Part shown: positions 33,381 to 39,692 of the stretch, in pieces
Layout: each line of letters starts with the position of its first letter
Position numbering within the stretch: position 1 is the first letter of the stretch
Virus record (IMG/VR): IMGVR_UViG_3300045988_068113
DNA: 42,701 bases
Direction: 5' to 3' (one strand)
Source: a virus
Made by a program: the position numbers and the translations under genes
Notes under the pieces: model-generated
The model's input: only the letters and a program-made list of their open reading frames with translations
Told to the model about the DNA's origin: nothing
The model's database searches: none

Positions 33381-34537
33381 ATCTCAATCTCCCCGTTAAG
33401 TAAATTTTCCGAAAAATCGCCCGTGCCGCGTTTTTTATCCTCGGATATGGGATTTATAGGGTCGGGGGGCGTTGTCGTCCCAGATGCCCCTTTCTGCTCG
33501 TTTTCGGGCTTCTCGTCATTCTTCCGCCCTTTTACCTCCGTCTCCGCTTCCGGTACAGGCGTGAAACCCTCCGACTTCGGGGCTTCCCTCTTCTCCGCTC
33601 GCGCCTTGACAATCTCCGACAATGACAGTGAAGTTATGCAGGAATCCGGCTTGTAGTTGTCGAGGCTTATTGTCCCTGCGATAATCGTGAAGTCCTTTTC
33701 CTTGTTGTCGTCCGCAATCTCCGCAAGCCTCAGCAATGCCGGAATCTTTGCCACGTTCGGGCTTTTCGTCTGCTCTTTGAGGTTGTAGGTAGGCTTCACG
33801 CCCCTCCAGTCTTTCGGGGAAAAGTTGAACACGCGCGAAATCTGCAAGTCCGGGAAATTGACGTTCCACATATCCCTGTAAAGGTGCAACTGCAACTCAT
33901 GCTCCTCATAGAATCCCTTGCGCCTGCTCTTGAAGTCCACTATCGCCGCAAATTCCTCGCCCGTCTTCGGGTCTGTCATCACGCACGGCAAGTCAATCAT
34001 GCCCGCGTAATGGTGCATCGGATGCACAAGCGCAATCTCCACAGCCAACGCCCTCACATTGTAGTCCTTGACGAACTGCGCAAAGGCGCAAATATCCTTG
34101 CGAACCTTTGTGAGGCTGTCGGCGAAAAACTTGTCAGGCAGATTGTTCTGCTCCATATACTTCAACAGATATTCCGGCACCTCGTCAAAGTTATAGCACC
34201 GCTCTATCATAAGCCGCTCGAACTGGGCGTGCATAAACGTTCCGTAAGCCGCCGCCAAGTCGCGTTTTTCCTCCGCGCCCTCCGCTCCGTTCTCAATCAT
34301 CCACTTGATGAGGAACGGGGATGTCGGCATTGTCTGTTTGAGCAATGTCGTGACGGACGGATAAAACCGCGGCTCTCCCTTTTCGTCATAATGGTAATAA
34401 TACCGACAACCGCCCGAATTGAGTTGATAAATCCGGCACTTCGATTCGCGCAACGCATTCTTGTCGAAATACAGCGCGGTCATTTCCTCGATGGTCATTC
34501 CCGGAACGACCTCTTTTGTTTTCTTCTCGCTTTCCAT
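33377..34537 (-). CDS. PD-(D/E)XK superfamily nuclease (386 aa)
   Basis: YAGMIDL...AAIVDFKS...ELQLHLY fits D...(D/E)xK...QxxxY of RecB/lambda-Exo/Cas4-like nucleases. Acidic and Pro-rich C-terminal tail. Confidence 0.7.
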   Translation of the reverse strand: MESEKKTKEVVPGMTIEEMTALYFDKNALRESKCRIYQLNSGGCRYYYHYDEKGEPRFYPSVTTLLKQTMPTSPFLIKWMIENGAEGAEEKRDLAAAYGTFMHAQFERLMIERCYNFDEVPEYLLKYMEQNNLPDKFFADSLTKVRKDICAFAQFVKDYNVRALAVEIALVHPMHHYAGMIDLPCVMTDPKTGEEFAAIVDFKSRRKGFYEEHELQLHLYRDMWNVNFPDLQISRVFNFSPKDWRGVKPTYNLKEQTKSPNVAKIPALLRLAEIADDNKEKDFTIIAGTISLDNYKPDSCITSLSLSEIVKARAEKREAPKSEGFTPVPEAETEVKGRKNDEKPENEQKGASGTTTPPDPINPISEDKKRGTGDFSENLLNGEIEI

Positions 34538-34545
34538 AATTGTTG

Positions 34546-34716
34546 TTATTTTGTTGTTGTTTTCTCTTCAATAATCAGCAACGAGCACAGGATTCCACAC
34601 AACGCGCTCACCACTAATTGCCACGGATTACCGAAACATCCGGCAAAGAATGCCATTATGGCAAACACCCCGAAAGCCACCGCCATAATATACCGGAAAC
34701 ATTCCCTCTCGCTCAT
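34546..34716 (-). CDS. Small membrane protein (56 aa, two hydrophobic helices)
   Basis: MSERECFRYIMAVAFGVFAIMAFFAGCFGNPWQLVVSALCGILCSLLII. The ATG overlaps the upstream stop (TAATG). Confidence 0.45.
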   Translation of the reverse strand: MSERECFRYIMAVAFGVFAIMAFFAGCFGNPWQLVVSALCGILCSLLIIEEKTTTK

Positions 34717-34952
34717 TACCGCTCCTCCATTCCCAACAGAAACGCGGGCGTGCATCCCGTCATTTCACAGATTATCTGCACCCATTCCGGCTTGATTCTG
34801 TTCGTCTTTCCGCTGCACAACTTCGTCATATTAACCTGCTGCGCCACCTCCACGGAATCCGGCCATAATTTAGTCGCAATGTCTTTCTTGAACACCCTGT
34901 GTCCGTTCGCTTTCGCCCTCGCGATAGCCTCTTCAATTCTTATTACTGCCAT
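34716..34952 (-). CDS. HTH DNA-binding protein, Cro/XRE-like (78 aa)
   Basis: KKDIATKLWPDS...AQQVNMTKLCSGKTNRIKPEWVQIICEMTGCTPAFLLG is a typical HTH pattern ending in LLG. It is the only regulator recognised in the genome. Confidence 0.6.
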   Translation of the reverse strand: MAVIRIEEAIARAKANGHRVFKKDIATKLWPDSVEVAQQVNMTKLCSGKTNRIKPEWVQIICEMTGCTPAFLLGMEER

Positions 34953-34968
34953 AATCTTATAAATTTGA

Positions 34969-35406
34969 TTAGTTGGTTTCCACTTTCTCCTCGTGTCCGC
35001 ACCACCTGCAACGATATATCTCGCGCCTCACTATGAACTCCGGCGGCGTGTCGTAATCCCCGGGGATATAGTCCCCCTCCGCATCCTCATACTCCATTTT
35101 GTCGCCGCATTCTGGGCAATCCCCGTCACCGATTACCTCAATGGATTCAAGTGCCTCAATCCTCCTCTTTGACAAGGCACATTCCCTCGGCAACTCGTCA
35201 CTGACTACCGTCCAAGCCGCGAAATAGTCCTCATCCTCCAGCACGTCCACCAGCTCGGAGCCGTAATTCATCCGGTCATCCTTGTCAATGAATCCGAGAC
35301 GGCAAAGGCGTTCAACCGCCTTATCAAGCCTGTCCCCCGCATCCTCGGCGTGCATCTTGCAAAGCGCCGCGAACTTTGATAATTTTTCATTTCTCTTGAT
35401 TCTCAT
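34969..35406 (-). CDS. Hypothetical acidic protein with a C-terminal zinc ribbon (145 aa)
   Basis: CPECGDK...(27 aa)...CRWCGHE. Confidence 0.55.
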   Translation of the reverse strand: MRIKRNEKLSKFAALCKMHAEDAGDRLDKAVERLCRLGFIDKDDRMNYGSELVDVLEDEDYFAAWTVVSDELPRECALSKRRIEALESIEVIGDGDCPECGDKMEYEDAEGDYIPGDYDTPPEFIVRREIYRCRWCGHEEKVETN

Positions 35407-35421
35407 ATCGCTTGTTATTAT

Positions 35422-35439
35422 GCCCCGATTACTCGGGGC
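35422..35439 (-). terminator. GC hairpin GCCCCG-6nt-CGGGGC between the first and second genes of the early cassette (attenuator-like)
   Basis: Perfect 6-bp stem, 7 nt after the small-ORF stop. No U-tract. Confidence 0.35.
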
Positions 35440-35445
35440 GTGTTT

Positions 35446-35610
35446 CTAATAGATAACTTCGTTTGTACGCTTGTTGAAAATTGCGAGTATTTCACCGGAT
35501 TTACTATAATGATAAATCCTGCGCTCATCCTCTTCAAATCGGTCTCCACGCTTCCAGTTCATCCGTTCAACTTTCATAAACTCGCAATAACTTTCAACTC
35601 GCATTCTCAT
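35446..35610 (-). CDS. Small early protein (54 aa, MRMRVESYCEFMKVERMNWKRGDRFEEDERRIYHYSKSGEILAIFNKRTNEVIY)
   Basis: Hand-translated. The ATG abuts the end of promoter/leader repeat copy A, exactly as the 82-aa gene abuts copy B. Confidence 0.5.
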   Translation of the reverse strand: MRMRVESYCEFMKVERMNWKRGDRFEEDERRIYHYSKSGEILAIFNKRTNEVIY

Positions 35611-35719
35611 AACCTTGCATCTTATTTGTTCCGGAAATCCGTCCGGTCGGCTGTCTCATCCTTTCGACATCACAAAGGTAGGGCTTTTTTCTTAATTACC
35701 AAAACTTTTTTTATTATTT
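35611..35719 (-). promoter_or_regulatory. 109-bp promoter + leader repeat, copy A (TTTG-N19-TACCTTTG at 35673..35703)
   Basis: 107/109 identical to 37410..37518. Minus strand reads TTTTGgtaattaagaaaaaagcccTACCTTTG, then a leader of about 55 nt ending at the ATG. Confidence 0.75.
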
Positions 35720-36465
35720 ACTCGAAATTAAACAGGGTTGGGCAAATCTCCGGCTGCGGTTTTCCGAGTATGAAATCACAGATGAAATTCCGCGCGTAAT
35801 CCGGTGAAATCATCGAACGCTCCTCCGAACACAACCCCCCACGGGGCGCGGGCTTCGCGTCATATATAGTACGAACCTCCTTGTCTCTCTGCTCCGTGAA
35901 GTTCCCCAACAGCGGCTCGCAATTCACGAACCAGTAGGCGGTCGGCTTCCGGAAACAATCGCCCCTTGCGCTCCTGTCTTTATCTATCAGAGACGGCGGG
36001 GCAACAAAGTTCAGTTCAAGATATTGAGGGCGCGTCCACGGGTTTTCTATGATTAGCCGGATTCCGCGCGTAAGGCAAACGCCGTACAACTTTATCAGCA
36101 ACGAGTAGAAATATTGTTGGTTCTCCGAACGCTCCAATATCGCGGCTATCTTCTGCCGCTCATTCATCCGCCTGTAATTATGGTTCGACAAATAAAACAG
36201 CATCGTCGAACTTTGGCAGAAATAGATGCACGGGAAAAACGCCATTACGAGGTCTCCTGTCTGCCCCCCCCATAATGGTATCGAAAAGGGACGGGCGATT
36301 CTCCCACGCCTCTTCTATCTCGTGGAACAAGTCCACGACGTGATTTGTTTCCCCGAAATGGTCTTGAATGTCATAATCCTCAGCCGGAATCCCCAGCCTT
36401 ATAAACTCGTTCTTGAATGTTCCGGATTGCTCAAAAAAGCAATGCACCTTGTTAATCGTTTCCAT
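35718..36465 (-). pseudogene. DNA (cytosine-5) methyltransferase-like gene split by a frameshift at a G8 tract (plus-strand C8 at 36264..36271)
   Basis: The N-terminal ORF (36178..36465) has CFFEQSGTF, like motif I. The C-terminal ORF (35718..36245) has DLVMAFFPCIYFCQ (like motif IV, PC), LIIENPW (like motif VI, ENV) and ERSMISPDYARNF (like motif IX). Removing one G joins them: ...DTIMGG-QTGDLVMAFFPC... Confidence 0.5.
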
Positions 36466-36471
36466 ATCAAA

Positions 36472-36717
36472 TTATTTTTCGTACCTTTGCGTCATACACC
36501 TCGTATCGCTTTCAAGCGGCCGCCCTTTTCGGAATGTCTGAACGGACGGCCGCTCATTTTTACCTACACGAACGACCTTGAAACTTTCCGGATGATATGG
36601 TTCATCATCAATCGCGAACTCCCGCAACGTTCCGCGCTCATCACGAACACAGACAATCGCGTTCTCGAAGCCCACGCACCGCGCTATGAAACGCGCCAAA
36701 TCCATTGTCTTTCTCAT
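36472..36717 (-). CDS. Hypothetical protein (81 aa)
   Basis: ORF in the early cassette. Confidence 0.5.
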   Translation of the reverse strand: MRKTMDLARFIARCVGFENAIVCVRDERGTLREFAIDDEPYHPESFKVVRVGKNERPSVQTFRKGRPLESDTRCMTQRYEK

Positions 36718-36727
36718 TGCCCAATGC

Positions 36728-37009
36728 TCAATATTTCAAATATGGTTTATACTCCTGCCCCCCGCAAAGTTCCGCAATGCGCCTCAATTCATCCACCTGC
36801 TCCGTCCATTTGTCGAGCACGACTATCACGTCACATCCGGGGCCGTCATAGAGCAAGTAATCAATCCGGTTCATTATACTGAAATGGAACGAGTGCGACG
36901 CCGTCACACTCTTGAATTTATAGCCCACTACAAGGCACTCACCGAGGGTCTTTCCCCTTTCGCCCAATATCTCCGTGTAGAGCGATTTAAGCGTTTTCTT
37001 CTTTGCCAT
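36728..37009 (-). CDS. Hypothetical protein (93 aa from the ATG at 37009)
   Basis: MAKKKTLKSLYTEILG... I trimmed the start from the track ORF. Confidence 0.5.
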   Translation of the reverse strand: MAKKKTLKSLYTEILGERGKTLGECLVVGYKFKSVTASHSFHFSIMNRIDYLLYDGPGCDVIVVLDKWTEQVDELRRIAELCGGQEYKPYLKY

Positions 37010-37142
37010 TGCCGTCCTCCTTATCGTATTTGTGCAGTCCAAGCGCACCCACCGCGACGATGGGCAACGCATATAACCCGAAAATCATAACTCCATATAA
37101 TCCTATCCCGAAAAGGATTTCGAAAAATTTAACCTTGTTCAT
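36987..37142 (-). CDS. Possible small membrane protein (51 aa, MNKVKFFEILFGIGLYGVMIFGLYALPIVAVGALGLHKYDKEDGNGKEENA)
   Basis: Hand-translated codon by codon. One long hydrophobic stretch. Fills the gap between neighbouring genes. Confidence 0.35.
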   Translation of the reverse strand: MNKVKFFEILFGIGLYGVMIFGLYALPIVAVGALGLHKYDKEDGNGKEENA

Positions 37143-37160
37143 ATTCTTGATTTTTAAGAA

Positions 37161-37409
37161 TTAGCAATAATAGAATGACACCTTAATACCCCTGCGAAGT
37201 TTGCATATCTCCTTGTCGTTCGCGCTGTCAAAAGCGCGGTTCAGCAAGCGGTTCACGAGGCGAACGTCCCCAACATAGGCAACAAGTCCGGCAACCCCGA
37301 CAAGCGTGTTTATCTTCTTTCCGTCCAAGATTCCAGAAACCTTTATCTTGAAGTTGCGGTTTATTTCCCTTGTGCTGTATTCAAGCCCGTTGTAAATTGC
37401 TGCTGTCAT
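37161..37409 (-). CDS. Hypothetical early protein (82 aa)
   Basis: First ORF behind promoter/leader repeat copy B. Confidence 0.55.
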   Translation of the reverse strand: MTAAIYNGLEYSTREINRNFKIKVSGILDGKKINTLVGVAGLVAYVGDVRLVNRLLNRAFDSANDKEICKLRRGIKVSFYYC

Positions 37410-37518
37410 AACCCTGTATCTTATTTGTTCCGGAAATCCGTCCGGTCGGCTGTCTCATCCTTTCGACATCACAAAGGTAGGGCTTTTTTCTTAATTACCA
37501 AAACTTTTTTTATTATTT
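37410..37518 (-). promoter_or_regulatory. 109-bp promoter + leader repeat, copy B (TTTG-N19-TACCTTTG at 37472..37502)
   Basis: 107/109 identical to 35611..35719 (offset 1799 bp). Confidence 0.75.
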
Positions 37519-37541
37519 TTTCGATATTTTGCAATAAAAGG

Positions 37542-37644
37542 GTTATTTTCTTCAAAAATCGCGTTTGCGGCGTTTTATTCCTCCGTCCTATAAGTTATAT
37601 CACCGCGCCCCACTTAATCGAAAAAAGCCCCATTTCTGCGCGTT
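37542..37644 (-). repeat. Conserved intergenic module, copy Y (homologous to 17769..17870)
   Basis: Same 16-mer gttattttcttcaaaa, an imperfect hairpin with a T-tract, tcctataa, and catttctgcgcgtt. Confidence 0.7.
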
Positions 37645-37646
37645 TT

Positions 37647-37683
37647 CCAAAGAAACGGGCGATTATCTCCCGACAACCGCCCG
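37647..37683 (-). terminator. Intrinsic terminator at the end of the late/lysis operon
   Basis: Minus strand reads CGGGCG-16nt-CGCCCG followed by TTTCTTTGG, about 57 nt after the last lysis-cassette stop codon. Confidence 0.55.
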
Positions 37684-37739
37684 ACTTGATGTAAGGTTTA
37701 ACTCAAAAACCATTTATAAAATACACACCGCAAATATAG

Positions 37740-38339
37740 TCATTTCTCGATTACCACATACTCGATGCCCTGTATTTTCGTATTCGGATTCTTCGAGACA
37801 ACATCCACGCGCCGCTCCTTTACGCGCCGCCACTTTTTCACGATACAACGGCTCATCTTGACGGTCTCCACAACAACGAGGGAATCACGGCTCACAACTT
37901 GCCCCGTAAAACGCCCGCCAGCGAGCGTTCCGTCAAAGTCAAACCACTTATCCCTAATTGTCAGAGAAAGTGCCGGAATCGCCACGGAATCGCGTATTAT
38001 AATAGTGTCTTTCGGAGCCGTGGAAAGTTCCATAATCGTCCGCGTCTGCACCGCGTTCACCCGCTCCAAGTCACGCGCCCTAATCTTCAAGTCCTTGATA
38101 AGCGCCGCGTCCTGCTCCCTATATTTCCGGTACTCCCCCGCCGTGAACTCCAACGCCTCAACCCTTGCAGCATTGAGGGAATCACGGACGCGGTATTCAT
38201 CCATATCCGTTGAAAGTACCTCGACATTGTTCCGGTATCTGTCGCGTTCCTCCTTGACGGACGACAACCGCGCACCGAGTACCGCTATCGTAACGGAAAG
38301 GGCGGCTACAACCGCCCCTATTATAGCCCACTTTCTCAT
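37740..38339 (-). CDS. Membrane-anchored coiled-coil protein, spanin-like lysis accessory (199 aa)
   Basis: N-terminal TM segment WAIIGAVVAALSVTIAVLGA, then a charged helical region. It is the last gene of the lysis cassette. Confidence 0.45.
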   Translation of the reverse strand: MRKWAIIGAVVAALSVTIAVLGARLSSVKEERDRYRNNVEVLSTDMDEYRVRDSLNAARVEALEFTAGEYRKYREQDAALIKDLKIRARDLERVNAVQTRTIMELSTAPKDTIIIRDSVAIPALSLTIRDKWFDFDGTLAGGRFTGQVVSRDSLVVVETVKMSRCIVKKWRRVKERRVDVVSKNPNTKIQGIEYVVIEK

Positions 38340-38640
38340 TTCTGTTCAGCCGTTACGATTGTCACCACGCACACCTGCTCCACGGCTTCCGGATTCCACG
38401 CGCCCGTGTGCTCGTCCGTGAACTTGTACAGCTTATCATCGTGCCGCACAATATCCCCCGCCACATACGAGGTCGCCCCGTCAAATTCCTCGAAGTCGTC
38501 CCCTCGGCCTTGCTCGCCTTTGTCTCAACAAGCGAAACAATACCTTTCAGTATTTCGGGCAAAACGCTGCCCGCGTCAATCTGGTTGCCCTGTCCGGCAA
38601 TCTTCGCGTCAATAGCCGCGATAATCTCGTCCTTTGTCAT
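38336..38640 (-). pseudogene. Small lysis-cassette gene needing a -1 frameshift at a G4 run (plus-strand C4 at 38500..38503); the fused product is about 101 aa
   Basis: Frame 0 gives MTKDEIIAAIDAKIAGQGNQIDAGSVLPEILKGIVSLVETKASKAEG and then Arg/Ser/Thr-rich sequence that does not look like protein. The -1 frame gives DDFEEFDGATSYVAGDIVRHDDKLYKFTDEHTGAWNPEAVEQVCVVTIVTAEQK and ends in an ATGA overlap with the next gene. Confidence 0.55.
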
Positions 38641-38642
38641 AA

Positions 38643-39215
38643 TCACAAGCCCTTTATAAATGAAACATAAGAATCCGCCAGCCTGTTCCGGAACTCGTCA
38701 GAAAGCAACAGACGGCAATCCTTTTCGTTGTCCATAAACAGGTTCTCCGCAAGTATCGCGGGGCAATCCGTCTTCCTTAATATGTAGAAATTAGCCTCCT
38801 TGTCGGGGTCTCCGTCCTCCATATCCTTACGCATCTTGATACTCGGGAAATCCCGCTCAAGTTGCTCAATCAACCGCGTCGCGATTGCATCTGACTTCGT
38901 AACTCCGGGGCTCGTGAAGATCTCGAACCCCGAACCGCCCCCCGCATTCGCGTGGATACTTATCAGAATTGCCTCCGGATGCTTTCTGTAAATGTCGTTC
39001 GCCCGTTGGCATCTTACCGAAAGCGGTATATCCATACTTTCCGGAACGATTCGCACACAGGGAATGCCCGCCACTTTCAGCCTCCGTTCTATCTTCTCCG
39101 CAAGCGAGCGGTTGAACTCCCACTCGAAAAGTTGCTGCCCGTCCGGCCATTTCGGCGAACGCTTCCCGGGCGTGTCGAACCCGTGCCCGTTGTCAAGCAT
39201 TATGTATTTGCCCAT
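38643..39215 (-). CDS. N-acetylmuramoyl-L-alanine amidase (endolysin, 190 aa)
   Basis: DNGHG...ISIHANAGGGSGFEIF...FYILRKTDCPAILAENLFMDN are Amidase_3-type motifs. Confidence 0.85.
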   Translation of the reverse strand: MGKYIMLDNGHGFDTPGKRSPKWPDGQQLFEWEFNRSLAEKIERRLKVAGIPCVRIVPESMDIPLSVRCQRANDIYRKHPEAILISIHANAGGGSGFEIFTSPGVTKSDAIATRLIEQLERDFPSIKMRKDMEDGDPDKEANFYILRKTDCPAILAENLFMDNEKDCRLLLSDEFRNRLADSYVSFIKGL

Positions 39216-39219
39216 TTCC

Positions 39220-39681
39220 TTACTCCTCGTGCTCTATAAATCCAACATCCGCGCCCCTTTTGCGCTCTGCGAGCAACTCCTCGACGCTGTAAAAGTCAGC
39301 ACCGAAGTCCACCTCCTGCCCGTGCTCCGCAAAGTATGCCTTGCCCCTGCCCAACGAGGGACGGCGCAACACGCACCCCTGGTGCACGCACATATAGTAC
39401 CCCTTTGTCGTGCACTCGCACCGCTTGTCGGCAATCTGTTTCTGCAAGTCGCCTATCTGTGCACGCAATGTTGAGTTCTCCGTTTTCAGGCTCACAATCT
39501 CATCGTCCTTTCCGTTGTCAATGCCCGTCATTGTGGTTATCGCATTGTTCAGTGCGGTTATTGCGGCATTGTCCGCGTCCGCGCCCGCTTTCCTGCGCGA
39601 GAATTTGAGGGTAAAGAGAGCGGTCAGTCCACCGCCCCCTATAAATCCCCCAAGTATTGAAATAATCTGTATCCAATCCAT
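39220..39681 (-). CDS. Holin-like membrane protein (153 aa)
   Basis: N-terminal TM segment IQIISILGGFIGGGGLTALFTL, a coiled-coil segment, and a position directly upstream of the endolysin. Confidence 0.45.
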   Translation of the reverse strand: MDWIQIISILGGFIGGGGLTALFTLKFSRRKAGADADNAAITALNNAITTMTGIDNGKDDEIVSLKTENSTLRAQIGDLQKQIADKRCECTTKGYYMCVHQGCVLRRPSLGRGKAYFAEHGQEVDFGADFYSVEELLAERKRGADVGFIEHEE

Positions 39682-39692
39682 AGCAATTCCTC

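Noticed and set aside
35440-35799. Plus-strand ORFs 35440..35799 and 37425..37694, which share the peptide FRKSVRSAVSSFRHHKGRAFFLITKTFFII.
   Set aside because: The shared peptide is simply the 109-bp promoter/leader repeat read on the opposite strand. Both ORFs run across minus-strand starts and promoters.
37731-37738. TATATTTG box overlapping the stop codon of the last lysis gene, as a possible promoter.
   Set aside because: There is no TTTG at the proper -33 spacing, and it is followed within about 50 nt by the operon's intrinsic terminator. It is probably part of the repeated CCGCAAATATAGT motif rather than an active promoter. I left it as a note under the intergenic-module finding.
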